DNA of 64,000 nt from an uncultured virus (IMG/VR IMGVR_UViG_3300030104_007230) (IMGVR_UViG_3300030104_007230:1-64000), one strand, 5' to 3'. Numbered from the stretch's first letter, positions 1 to 9,498 are shown. Notes: generated by a model from the sequence alone, not told the origin. Program-made: numbers and translations.

Positions 1-172
1 CGAGATAATCAGAAGATTCATCAGCACAAGGACCACACATGAAACCAGAGTATTCATCTGTTTCAGCAGGTATTCGATTAACAAATCCTTCTTTAGTGGT
101 ATCTCTTTTGATACCTTTGGCATAGCAATCTATACATAGATCGCCAATGTCTACTGGGTTATGAGTTGACAT
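1..172 (-). CDS. Partial small CxxC...CxxC (probable zinc-binding) phage protein, runs off the window
   Basis: Hand translation MSTHNPVDIGDLCIDCYAKGIKRDTTKEGFVNRIPAETDEYSGFMCGPC...; not in the ORF track; tightly packed with the upstream gene. Confidence 0.6.
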   Translation of the reverse strand, partial: MSTHNPVDIGDLCIDCYAKGIKRDTTKEGFVNRIPAETDEYSGFMCGPCADESSDYL

Positions 173-175
173 AAA

Positions 176-460
176 TTACTCCAATTTAAAAAGATCTGGA
201 TCACCAATATTGAGATTTTCAACAGGTAATCCGTCATATGTAAGTTCAAGTTGTAATTCAAACTTTTTAGCTTGAGCTACTAGAACCTGGGCAAGACCAA
301 GCATGACTCGTTTTACTTTGTCCTTGTTCCATTGGTAGTTATGTGTATTGGAACAATTACCAAGTATTCGGAGTTGATCTTTAATTTTTAATGCACGAGG
401 AGGAAACATTCTTGCGAAACGGTTTTCCTTTTCTCGTTTTTTAGTTAAATCTCCAATCAT
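176..460 (-). CDS. Hypothetical early protein
   Basis: 94-aa ORF; ATGA overlap with the previous gene in a packed minus-strand block. Confidence 0.65.
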   Translation of the reverse strand: MIGDLTKKREKENRFARMFPPRALKIKDQLRILGNCSNTHNYQWNKDKVKRVMLGLAQVLVAQAKKFELQLELTYDGLPVENLNIGDPDLFKLE

Positions 461-705
461 TTTGTTTTATCCTCCTTTGGATAATGCAAAGAAGCTATGG
501 TATCTAAAACATCCCAATTAACACCAACACTTGCATCATGTTTATGTCCACATGCATAAGATAAGACATCACTTGCTTGTTCTTTTGTTAAGTCAGGTCT
601 AATACTTAGAACATCATCAATATGCCAAGTAATAGTGTATTCTTCTTGAATTGAAGCATCGTTCATGATTTCTTTTCCTCCTTTTTTAACAAGATCTCCA
701 ATCAT
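457..705 (-). CDS. Hypothetical phage protein
   Basis: 82-aa ORF with ITWHIDDV...RPDLT.EQA..VL...HDASVGVNWD, a phage-like motif. Confidence 0.7.
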   Translation of the reverse strand: MIGDLVKKGGKEIMNDASIQEEYTITWHIDDVLSIRPDLTKEQASDVLSYACGHKHDASVGVNWDVLDTIASLHYPKEDKTK

Positions 706-995
706 TAGATGTCCTCAAAGGTTTCATCACCATTAATGGCATACTTGCTTTCAGTTTCCTGATGATTTTCTTCAAGAATTGCTTCTGCTATTTCTTTACA
801 TTCTTCAACTTCACTTTTAGTTAGAAGTGTTGCAAGTGAGTCACCAATTTCCACACATTCATCAGCAAGTTTTTGAGTTGGAGCTGTAACAGCTAAGACT
901 AAAGCTTTAACTAAAGCAGTTTTATTTTGATCCGCAACGGATCCTACAGTCGGATAAGGATCATCCGACCTAAGAAAGGTTTCTTGAGGGTTCAT
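705..995 (-). CDS. Hypothetical phage protein
   Basis: 96-aa ORF (ALVLAVTAPT...EVEECK); TAATG overlap with the next gene. Confidence 0.7.
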   Translation of the reverse strand: MNPQETFLRSDDPYPTVGSVADQNKTALVKALVLAVTAPTQKLADECVEIGDSLATLLTKSEVEECKEIAEAILEENHQETESKYAINGDETFEDI

Positions 996-1010
996 TTTAA
1001 TTAAAAAGAA

Positions 1011-1208
1011 TTAACAATAATTAAGATCATTGATCTGTGCATCTGTTGGCTCCCAATCAATAATGTTTTCAAATTTTTCAATAATTTCTTCTAATTCATC
1101 ATGATGTTCTCTTCGTAATTGTTCATCATATATATCTCTATGTTCTTCTCTTTTTAACATTAATTCAAGGTCTTTTTTCATAGCTGTAAGAATTGTTAAT
1201 TCACTCAT
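1011..1208 (-). CDS. Hypothetical acidic protein
   Basis: 65-aa ORF in the packed operon. Confidence 0.6.
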   Translation of the reverse strand: MSELTILTAMKKDLELMLKREEHRDIYDEQLRREHHDELEEIIEKFENIIDWEPTDAQINDLNYC

Positions 1209-1563
1209 TAGAGTCCTCCTTTAATGTCTCTACACATTCACTATGACATTCCTTATCATCAGTAGTGCAAGAGCTAATACAATCAAAATACTCATCAACT
1301 GGGTCGTCATCATCCCAAGAATCAGCAGTAAAAAGCGTATTAGCTTCTAATTCTGCATGGTTTTTAAGATGCATACAAAAAGTAATAAATAAATCAAATT
1401 CTCCAGGATTTTTTAATTCTTTTTGATTTATTTCATAGAGTTTCCAACCTCTACCATGAGTTTTAAATACACAATCAGAACAATCTCCCATGTAACGTAG
1501 CATTTTCATTGCACGAGCTACATAAGCACCTGGTTTATAAGTAGGAGTAAAAGTGTGTTTCAT
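1201..1563 (-). CDS. Hypothetical protein with a C-terminal four-Cys helical hairpin
   Basis: C-terminus DPVDEYFDCISSCTTDDKECHSECVETLK resembles small picocyanobacterial Cys-rich proteins. Confidence 0.6.
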   Translation of the reverse strand: MKHTFTPTYKPGAYVARAMKMLRYMGDCSDCVFKTHGRGWKLYEINQKELKNPGEFDLFITFCMHLKNHAELEANTLFTADSWDDDDPVDEYFDCISSCTTDDKECHSECVETLKEDSNE

Positions 1564-1565
1564 AT

Positions 1566-1961
1566 TTAACTATGATATTTTTGTCCTTTAGGAAAGCCTT
1601 TTAAATAAATACTTTCATAAGGACTTAATGAATAACTGCTACAGGTATAAGTTGCAGCTTTTCTTAAAGGTTCATTTGGTTCTAAACCTGTAACGTTTCT
1701 GAAAGTTTTTTCATCTCTTCCAGCTGTACAAAAGAATCCATAATGAAATAACCATTCATCATCTAATTCAGCACTTTTTAAAGCTTCAGAACGTGTCTCC
1801 AACACTTTTGAGTGATATACATCCATATCAAAAGTAGCTGTACCTAGATGAGTAGGTTGATCTCCTGATGCAAGAGGATCTTGAAAATCTACTGGCTGAT
1901 TATATTTTATATAACGAAAGACTTGCCAGTAAGCTTTTCCTAAATGTTCATCAAATGCCAT
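1566..1961 (-). CDS. Hypothetical protein
   Basis: 131-aa ORF, first gene after an intergenic hairpin. Confidence 0.65.
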   Translation of the reverse strand: MAFDEHLGKAYWQVFRYIKYNQPVDFQDPLASGDQPTHLGTATFDMDVYHSKVLETRSEALKSAELDDEWLFHYGFFCTAGRDEKTFRNVTGLEPNEPLRKAATYTCSSYSLSPYESIYLKGFPKGQKYHS

Positions 1962-2049
1962 AAGTTTTACTAAGGGACAAATAGGACTTACATCATAGAA
2001 AGCCTACTAAGTGTTACAACCTGAACTACATAAGGGTTCCCTTTAGGTA

Positions 2050-2076
2050 TATAATAAATTTGTAGCAAAGACTACA
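2050..2076 (+). promoter_or_regulatory. Sigma70-type -10 box (TATAAT, 2050-2055) followed by a perfect NtcA site TGTA-GCAAAGAC-TACA (2061-2076) over the expected transcription start
   Basis: Exact match to the cyanobacterial NtcA consensus GTA-N8-TAC with flanking T/A; position implies repression. Confidence 0.7.
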
Positions 2077-2080
2077 GAAA

Positions 2081-2140
2081 CGTTCACTTTACTTAACAGT
2101 AAAGCGCAGGTCGATTCAAGCCAGGGAACGGGGACTTGAG
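2081..2140 (+). ncRNA. Glutamine-II (Downstream-peptide) riboswitch
   Basis: P1 CGTTC/GAACG, P2 CTTTACT/AGTAAAG then CGC, pseudoknot TTCAAG/CTTGAG; directly upstream of a YRG-motif peptide, as is typical for this class. Confidence 0.88.
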
Positions 2141-2159
2141 CATTATTTACATTAGAAAA

Positions 2160-2315
2160 ATGAGTTGTTCACTTACTTATCGTGGAGTTAAGTACTCCAA
2201 AGAAGATCTTCAAGAAGCAGTTGCAAAACATGCTACAGAATTAACGTCTTCAAAATCCCACTTGATTTATAGACGTATTAATTATCGTCCTGAAATATCT
2301 GTAACTAAAGAATAA
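2160..2315 (+). CDS. DUF4278-like small protein (51 aa)
   Basis: Hand translation MSCSLTYRGVKYSKEDLQEAVAKHATELTSSKSHLIYRRINYRPEISVTKE; LTYRGVKY motif plus degenerate second copy LIYRRINY; below the ORF-track cutoff. Confidence 0.85.
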   Translation: MSCSLTYRGVKYSKEDLQEAVAKHATELTSSKSHLIYRRINYRPEISVTKE

Positions 2316-2352
2316 AAAAATAGTTTAAAATATTTATAGAAGCTTTAAATCT

Positions 2353-2616
2353 TTGTCAGATAAAAAACCAGTCTATCAGCTGGAGCTGAGAGATTTTATG
2401 AAATATTATGATCCAGGGGATCCTTATCATAATTCAGCCATAAGTGCACTCCAAGAAGCGATGCCAGAAGAATTACTTAAAAGTGATGCCCTCTGGTTCA
2501 ACACTTGGAGTCAATCTGGCATCAGGGCTGACCCTTATTATCAGAATTCAATACCAGAGTATTTTTGGCCTTATAAAGAGAATCCATTTTCTCCTGAGCC
2601 TGAGTGTTTTTCTTAA
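2353..2616 (+). CDS. Small helical-domain protein resembling the accessory domain of cyanophage endolysins/peptidases
   Basis: LRDFMKYYD...YHNSAISALQEAMPEELL...WFNTW; loosely similar to the C-terminal part of the ORF at 52952-53695. Confidence 0.55.
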   Translation: MSDKKPVYQLELRDFMKYYDPGDPYHNSAISALQEAMPEELLKSDALWFNTWSQSGIRADPYYQNSIPEYFWPYKENPFSPEPECFS

Positions 2617-2914
2617 TGCTCAATACAAATTTATTTTCTGCTTTTATAATAGTTGAAACTGAAACATTATAAATAGCAGCCCATTCTCTTCTATCTAACA
2701 TATATTTATTTTTTTTAATCATTTCACATTGATAATTATTTAAAATAAAACTATCTTTTACTAAACCAGGATTTCCAATTTTATCAGTGTAGGTTTCTTT
2801 AGTTCTGAATTTATATTTACATTCTAAACAATGACAATATCTTTTAGTAAATTCTTTTTTATGTTCAGTACAACTTACTCTTGTTTCTTTAGAACCGCAT
2901 TTAGGACATTTCAT
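2522..2914 (-). CDS. NrdR-like N-terminal zinc ribbon plus possible HTH
   Basis: MKCPKCGSKETRV...KRYCHCLECKYKFRTKE; C-terminal REWAAIYNVSVSTI; no ATP-cone. Confidence 0.7.
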   Translation of the reverse strand: MKCPKCGSKETRVSCTEHKKEFTKRYCHCLECKYKFRTKETYTDKIGNPGLVKDSFILNNYQCEMIKKNKYMLDRREWAAIYNVSVSTIIKAENKFVLSIKKNTQAQEKMDSLYKAKNTLVLNSDNKGQP

Positions 2915-3348
2915 CTATTTGCCTCTGAATAGATGTAGTCTTCACTTGGTAGTAAATAATTCATTTCCCACCAAGGATCTTCAGGATCAAATCCATTTCT
3001 TTTTAAACAGTCATATACTATTTTGTTAACAATATTTTTTTCTTCTTTTTTCAGGTGTGAATAGATACACCATTCGGTTTTAGTTGTCATAATTTGCAAA
3101 ATAGGTTTGTTTGTAATTTTGTTTTTTTAATCCGTTTTTGATAACTAAGATTTGCTTCATATGCAAATAATGTTTGCAGAATTTTACTTGATCGTTTACA
3201 AGCTATTAGAAGTTTGTTACAATAAATTTGGTGTGCAAAGGATTTGTCTATTAAACGTTTTTAATTGATAGACAGAGTTTTCTAGGAGTTAAGGGTGGTG
3301 CCTTAGCTCTTTTTTTTACCTATATTCAAACCTGGCGGTGGACTTATT

Positions 3349-3504
3349 TTAAGGTTCCGAGACCAGTTCTTTTTTATGATATACTTCAACTTCTGATTCA
3401 CATTTTGGACAAGTTAAAAACGAAATAAAATCAAAATCATCTGACACTTCACAATTAGAATCACTACCCCAGATCAATTCAGTTTGACAGTGCCAACAAT
3501 TCAT
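3349..3504 (-). CDS. Small zinc-ribbon phage protein (51 aa)
   Basis: Hand translation MNCWHCQTELIWGSD...FLTCPKCESEVEVY. Confidence 0.7.
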   Translation of the reverse strand: MNCWHCQTELIWGSDSNCEVSDDFDFISFLTCPKCESEVEVYHKKELVSEP

Positions 3505-3512
3505 TTCTTTTT

Positions 3513-3725
3513 TTAGTCTTCATTAAAATAATAAAGCTTTTTTAAATATTCGTTATAACCAAGCATGAAACATTCATTAAAAAATTCACTTGCTGCCATA
3601 TTTTTTTTAATTAATGTGTGTGCTTTTAATTCTTTTATAAAATTATTAATTTCATTAATTTCTTTTTCATCACCAAGAGCAAGAACTATATTATAACGAG
3701 ATCTATTCATAGGTTTATTCCACAA
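3513..3725 (-). CDS. Hypothetical protein
   Basis: 70-aa ORF in the operon. Confidence 0.5.
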   Translation of the reverse strand: MWNKPMNRSRYNIVLALGDEKEINEINNFIKELKAHTLIKKNMAASEFFNECFMLGYNEYLKKLYYFNED

Positions 3726-3743
3726 CTATGTCTACTCTACTCT

Positions 3744-4001
3744 TTATTCTGTAGACATTTCTTCAAACATAAGGAATCGCTTAATTTCTGTTTCAGGAGC
3801 TGTTACTATTTTCATAATTGTTTTTAATTTTTTTTCAGCTGATAAAGCTCTAGTAGACCAGTAAGCGAATAACTGTCCTTTTCTTCCTAGCTGTTGTTCT
3901 AATGCTGTTTGAAAAATCTGAGAAGGACTAATATCAAGTCCTGAGTCTGTCCAACGATCATACAATTCGTCTGGAACACTACAACTAACTACTTTTGCCA
4001 T
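3744..4001 (-). CDS. Ribbon-helix-helix-like DNA-binding protein
   Basis: MAKVVSCSVPDELYDRW...ISPSQIFQTALEQQL; extended -10 TGCTATCTT upstream. Confidence 0.55.
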   Translation of the reverse strand: MAKVVSCSVPDELYDRWTDSGLDISPSQIFQTALEQQLGRKGQLFAYWSTRALSAEKKLKTIMKIVTAPETEIKRFLMFEEMSTE

Positions 4002-4056
4002 TATAAAGAAGTTTTATATTCAACTTAAGATAGCATGATCGACTTATGTAAGCCAT

Positions 4057-5798
4057 TCAAGTGTTTTTAATTATTCTAAAAAATTCTTCTTCTAATTTTT
4101 CAGGAGAAGTGTTTTGAACAGGATAAGGCTCACTCACAACATTTCCTTCTAATGGAAGCAATGCTCGCATGTGATTAGCATACTCTTCAGCTTCATCTAA
4201 AGTTTTAAAAAAAGGAGTATAAACCTTTGTATCTTCTTTATTGCTTATATAAAAAAAAACGCAATAACAAAGAGACGATTTCATTAAAAAATTCAAATGA
4301 TAGGAACAGGACCTGACTTGTAGAATATACCAGGATTATCTTGTACAGCAAGATCTGCTGCATGACAATCTCTTACAACCTTAACGACATCAGTATTGCC
4401 ATTTGTATTTTTTGCCAAGACAGTCCAAACTAAATTGACAGGTGATTCTTTTAAAGTATCCATTGTTCTAACCAGGTAATTAATTATGAGGTATATAGAT
4501 CTATACATATGCAAAGTAATTGGAAAATACTTTACTGATGCTGACTAGAAATTTATACGTTTAACAAGCTTAAACAAGTTAAAGAAGCCAAAGATTAAAA
4601 CTTTTTAAAGGTTTGAACTAATTTAGGAATTCTTTCAATAAGTCTGGCAAGTTGCCAAGGTTGAAGTGATTTGAAAGATTTCATCTTATAAATTTTATCA
4701 AAACTTAAAAGAATAACGAGAACTGAAAGAACATCATAGAGAGCATAAACTGAATCTTTAACAGTCTTGTATCTGAATGTAGTCTTCTTCTTTTTCTTCG
4801 TTGAATAACTTGAGAACTTTTTCTGCATTGATTTCTTTTAGAAGTTCTTTTAATTGAGTAACACCTAAATTTAGATTAATATCATCAAATATTTCATCTT
4901 CTTCAGAAAATTGCAAACTATCCATACAATCTAATTGAATGTATGCTTTCATTTCATTAACAGTTAGTTTTTCTACTAAACGTTTGCTGTAAGCCTCTAC
5001 AAGCTTATTAATTTGGATAGAAGTTAGTTCGTTAGTCATGAGTAGTTTCGAAAGATTCTAAAGTTATATCGTAGCTGTTTAAATGTGTTTCAACTTCTTC
5101 TTTATCACCATCATAGTGGTCAAATATATCTTCAAGAAGTGTTGGATAATCTGGTACATGACCTTGATGTTTATAGACATGAGAAATGTATTGCTGTTTC
5201 ATGTTATCCACAGCAAAATTAAATAATTGTTTTTGACTCATGTCATTAACACGAGATTCACACCAGTCATTCCAAAGTTTTTCAACTTTTTCAGGATTTA
5301 CTTTGTTCATTTTTTTTTAATTAAGTATTTAGAATACTATTTATTTTTCATTTAACAACATATAATTTTCTATGTTACTTCTACATGTATAACAGGTTAC
5401 ACCACTATAAGAAAAATAATGAACTTGATGAAATAAAGAACAATGAGGACATTTAACTTTTCTTCCTTTTTTATCTATTTCATTTAATTTTTCAAGTGTA
5501 TTTAACCCAATCATTTTTAATAATCAGAAGCTTCATATACATTCCAGTCTAAATTCATATCTTCAAGATAAACTTTAAATTCTTCTTCATTTTCTGGATC
5601 AATATCATCTTTGTGTGGTATTTCAACAGATACCCAACAAAGACCTGGACCATACTCTTCAGGGTGAGCTTTTCCAGGAGGATTATAAACAGCGGGAAGT
5701 GTAATTACTGCATCTTCAACAATAGCTTTTACTTCATAAGTAATTGTATCGTTGTCGAGCAAAACACTTTCAAAGGATTCGATAGATAAAATTGACAT
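4057..5798 (-). other. Run of small hypothetical early genes (4057-4296, 4293-4514, 4595-4828, 4758-5039, 5032-5310, 5517-5798 and a short CxxC ORF near 5340-5515)
   Basis: Co-oriented, abutting ORFs; some track starts are probably over-extended. Confidence 0.55.
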
Positions 5799-5858
5799 TT
5801 TAATTAAGGTTTGTGGATTTTAAAATGAGGTCATAATTAATAATCTAAGTAGAAAGAA

Positions 5859-6521
5859 GTGACACTTCGTTTAGCAGGTAGTAACTCTTTACAAAGTTCA
5901 GCATTAACTTCACCTTCAGCAGTTGAAGCTTTTGGAAGAGCTTTAGGTAGAGCTGGTGAAATTATTTATCCAATGGCTAAAAAAGGGATACAAAAAATAG
6001 TAGATACAGAATACGGACCGCTTTCTTTAACAGTTGGAGATATGGGAGGAGTCAATGAATATGTAGATGCAGTTAGAACTACTTCTAAAATGCATGATTT
6101 AGTTACTCATAATCCAAATGTTTTAAATTCTTTAGAACAATTAGGCTCTAATTTAAAAGGAATAGGAAATACAATGTTTAGTTGGCATAAATCTACTGGT
6201 TATGATCCTTTAAAAGGACCAGGTAATATAGGAATTAAAGGTACTAAACATATAAAAGAAGCACTTTCTAATGCTTTTCATAAAGAAATAATTCCTGATT
6301 TGTTACATGCTAATCCTGGATCAAGTATATGGATTAGTAATGAACCAACATCGTTAAGCCGTGCTCGAACTTATGCTTCTACAAGGCTTCCAGGAGGACG
6401 TGCAATGGGTCCTTTAGATCCTACAGGTACACAGAATGCTTTAATTTTACCTTCAGGTAGAATCGCACCCTTTGAACTTATAGGTAAAGGAGTTCCTCAT
6501 CATTTGCAAAAATTTAGTTAA
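5859..6521 (+). CDS. Hypothetical protein, lone plus-strand gene inside the minus-strand block
   Basis: 220-aa ORF with phage-like codon use; CATAAT/TAATCT -10-like boxes upstream. Confidence 0.7.
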   Translation: MTLRLAGSNSLQSSALTSPSAVEAFGRALGRAGEIIYPMAKKGIQKIVDTEYGPLSLTVGDMGGVNEYVDAVRTTSKMHDLVTHNPNVLNSLEQLGSNLKGIGNTMFSWHKSTGYDPLKGPGNIGIKGTKHIKEALSNAFHKEIIPDLLHANPGSSIWISNEPTSLSRARTYASTRLPGGRAMGPLDPTGTQNALILPSGRIAPFELIGKGVPHHLQKFS

Positions 6522-6715
6522 GACCATTTTTTTTCTATTCTATTTCTAGAATTAGATGAGAGTGTTTTCTTTAGTTTTACACGATTCTTCCAAAGTTTAG
6601 TATCAAAATGTAAATCCATTCGTTTTTTTGACCAATACAAACCAATTATCCAGAAAGTAAAAAGAATACCTTCTAAATAAGTCATTGAATGCCAAGCTTG
6701 AGTTGCTCCTTCCAT
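6518..6715 (-). CDS. Small membrane protein
   Basis: One hydrophobic helix YLEGILFTFWIIGLYW and a basic tail. Confidence 0.65.
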   Translation of the reverse strand: MEGATQAWHSMTYLEGILFTFWIIGLYWSKKRMDLHFDTKLWKNRVKLKKTLSSNSRNRIEKKWS

Positions 6716-6717
6716 AA

Positions 6718-7125
6718 TTAAGTTTCTTTTTCAACTGTAACGTAAAGTTTTTCTGGTTTTCCTTCTGGAAAAAATTGATTAAATACAGGACATAACCATA
6801 TTTGCATATCAGCCCACTCTTCCCATGCATAAGGTTTGTAATTGCAACCACCATCTTTATCTTCAACATAATGAAGAGTTATATCAGCTGGTCTAGAAAG
6901 GACTGTATTACTAAAAGTTAATTTAATTTTATTAATAGAAGATTCTTGTCCGTATTTATTTTTTAATAAACGATTAACAAGCTCAGTAGCTTCTGGCATA
7001 AGAGGTTCATCTTTTACTGAAGAGCCATCTGAAAATGTGTAATCAAAGCACCAAAGATCACCCTGTTCACCAAAAGCATGATGCTTAGGTGTACATGTAA
7101 TTGAAATCATTGTGGAAGTTTGCAT
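6718..7125 (-). CDS. DUF6717-like protein
   Basis: WCFD...VKDEP...WLCPVFNQFFPEGKPEKLYV pattern. Confidence 0.6.
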   Translation of the reverse strand: MQTSTMISITCTPKHHAFGEQGDLWCFDYTFSDGSSVKDEPLMPEATELVNRLLKNKYGQESSINKIKLTFSNTVLSRPADITLHYVEDKDGGCNYKPYAWEEWADMQIWLCPVFNQFFPEGKPEKLYVTVEKET

Positions 7126-7246
7126 AATTTAAGTGTCAGCTCCAGTTAATAGAATCCAAAGCCAAGCCAATGCTAAGACTAGCGTAAGTAATTCAAAGAC
7201 AGGTGTTTCTAATTTTCCATTGTGAATTAAATATTCCATTAATGTT

Positions 7247-7420
7247 TTATGTATTTAATATCCAGATTAATCTAATAACCATACTGGTAAAGATGATGTA
7301 GTAGAGCCACATGATCCACATACCTAATTTGTTATGATGTGAACCTCGTTTATAAGGATGTACAGCTAAATGAGGAGATCTATCCCACCCATCTACCATG
7401 TAATCTTTAGTTTTAATCAT
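7247..7420 (-). CDS. Small membrane protein (57 aa)
   Basis: Hand translation MIKTKDYMVDGWDRSPHLAVHPYKRGSHHNKLGMWIMWLYYIIF... Confidence 0.65.
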   Translation of the reverse strand: MIKTKDYMVDGWDRSPHLAVHPYKRGSHHNKLGMWIMWLYYIIFTSMVIRLIWILNT

Positions 7421-7728
7421 TAGTATTCACCTTCATCATATTTAAGAGCTTTATCAGAGAAACTTGTTAGTTCCTCAATAACAGCATCAGGATGCCAATC
7501 TTTATTAATTGCATCCTCACCAAAAGCCAGATCATAAGCTTCGATTAAAAATGTCTTTACATACTCAAAGGCTTTCAAATTTTGAAAGTAGGGATGCTCT
7601 TCCCCTTCTTCTGCTTCATCCCAGTTTTCTATATCATCATCAAAGTCTTCTCTTTCTGAGTATTCTTCAACGAAATTAAAAAACTGGTTGATTGATTCGT
7701 GGATAGTAGGTTCGTCAGGATAACTCAT
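7420..7728 (-). CDS. Acidic hypothetical protein
   Basis: 102-aa ORF; C-terminal FLIEAYDLAFGEDAINKDW motif. Confidence 0.65.
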   Translation of the reverse strand: MSYPDEPTIHESINQFFNFVEEYSEREDFDDDIENWDEAEEGEEHPYFQNLKAFEYVKTFLIEAYDLAFGEDAINKDWHPDAVIEELTSFSDKALKYDEGEY

Positions 7729-7785
7729 GATTTAGGTAGTTTGCGATTGTTGTAGAACTTAATTTGGGATTCTGCGTTTTTATGT

Positions 7786-8016
7786 TTAATCATCTGGATA
7801 GTCACCAAGAGCGCCTTCTGTCATCACATCATATCCTGCTCTCCAATTTTCTTCTGAAGTAAAATAATCAGCAGTATGTGTTTGAGCAACTACATTACCT
7901 AATGTTTCTTCAATAGGTTTTGTAACTGTTTCACATTCTTTTCCTTTAACTCCTTGCACTGATTCTTTAACGTTACCGTCTTGATCAATTTTGTAGTGGA
8001 TAGTAGTTTGTTTCAT
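7786..8016 (-). CDS. DUF2997 family protein
   Basis: IHYKIDQDGNVKESVQGVKGKECETVTKPIEETLG...TADYF. Confidence 0.8.
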   Translation of the reverse strand: MKQTTIHYKIDQDGNVKESVQGVKGKECETVTKPIEETLGNVVAQTHTADYFTSEENWRAGYDVMTEGALGDYPDD

Positions 8017-9087
8017 TTTTCTATTTCTGTAATAGCGATTTGAAGTAGATTTTTATAACTTATTAATAAGGAAAGCTTGTCTTTACTGACATGAGCATCC
8101 TCTATTAATTTTGAAATAGTACGTCCGAGAACTTTTGATTCTGTTTTTGTTAGCTTTTCTTTTACAAATTGTTTCATTTGTTTATATCCATGTAGTGCTT
8201 CCACATTAAAAAATTAAATGCAAGAAGACTAACGACAGCAATGGAGCAAAAAATAAGTGGTACGTGCATTTTTAATAAGAAGTTCTTAGGACTGGTTTTT
8301 CTACTGTAGGAACAAATGTCTTGTCTTTAAACATTACAATTGAGCCTTTACATCCATTTTTAACATGGTAATAATCTAAAGTTTCAGCTTCACGAATAGC
8401 TTGTTCTTTAGAAAAGATGTGCATTGTAACGATAGGTAATTCTTTATCTTTTACATAAACACAAACCATGCGTGGTTCTTTATCATTTCTATCTATATAA
8501 GATTGATAAATGTTTTCCCACTTAGTTCTAGAGGAAGTTGTGCAATCCATTTTTTCCATAAATAATTTTTGGCATTAAAAAGCGCGATAAAAAATCACCG
8601 CGCATATTTTAAGATTAAAACTCGTTGATTCTTCCAATCAAAGGATCTTCTCGTTGCAGTTTTACATTTTCATAACCCGTCCAGTCTTCTGGATCAGTTT
8701 CATGCATAGCTGCTTGCTGTTCATCATAGTTATCAGCATAGAAAAGAGAAAGATCCACTTTTGCATCTTTAGAATAAGAGCTACACATTGTTGATGTCAT
8801 TTTATTAGGTCTTTAGCCATTTTATAAGCAGTATTCTTTATCTGATTTTGATAAGAATTAGTAGAAGCTTCTATTTCTTCTTCTCTTTCTTTTACTTTAG
8901 AAAGAATATCAGTATAAAAAGGTGTTCCAGGACCATAACGTTCAATTGTGTATTCTGGAAACGCTTTTAATATACGTTCTTTGTTTTCTGTACTTGCATA
9001 AGCAAGTGCTAGAGATAATGCTTTAACAAAAGAGCCACCAAAAGTAGCCATTCCATCACGCATTAATAATAATTCTTCAGATTTCAT
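8013..9087 (-). other. Four small hypothetical genes (8013-8204, 8272-8559, 8615-8800, 8797-9087)
   Basis: Co-oriented ORFs; 8797-9087 has the phage motif FGGSFVKAL..A..AS.EN..RI..AFPE. Confidence 0.6.
8577..8603 (-). terminator. Intrinsic terminator-like hairpin
   Basis: Minus strand GCGCGGTGAT-TTTT-TATCGCGC followed by TTTTT, just after the stop of 8615-8800. Confidence 0.55.
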
Positions 9088-9238
9088 TGGTGTGATAACA
9101 AAGAAATAAATCTAGGACTTATACATAGGGATCAAAGAACCCACTTGATGCCTAGTGTTAAATATCAAGGATGATTGATAGTGTTTTTAAGGAATATGTA
9201 TAGCAATATAACTATACATATCCAAACAATGAAAGAAG

Positions 9239-9484
9239 TCATTCCCAAATGTTAAATACATCTGTTTCACCTACTTGATAGTGGTTAACAGTTGTAGTAG
9301 AGCTACCTGTACTTAGTTGAATTACTTTATTTAAAGCAAGTTTAGTGACATGTGCAGTAAAACTACCAACAGGTGAGTTGATAATAGAAGTGCCAATAGC
9401 TCTAGCATTAAGAGGAGGAAGTTCTCCTGTCATAGGGTTGTACATTTTTAGATAGCAAAGGACAAATAAGACTTTTATAGTCAT
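9239..9484 (-). CDS. Hypothetical protein (start probably MTIKVLF rather than the track start)
   Basis: ORF 9239-9523 overlaps the upstream gene; the internal ATG fits better. Confidence 0.45.
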   Translation of the reverse strand: MTIKVLFVLCYLKMYNPMTGELPPLNARAIGTSIINSPVGSFTAHVTKLALNKVIQLSTGSSTTTVNHYQVGETDVFNIWE

Positions 9485-9498
9485 TCTCCAGGACTGGT

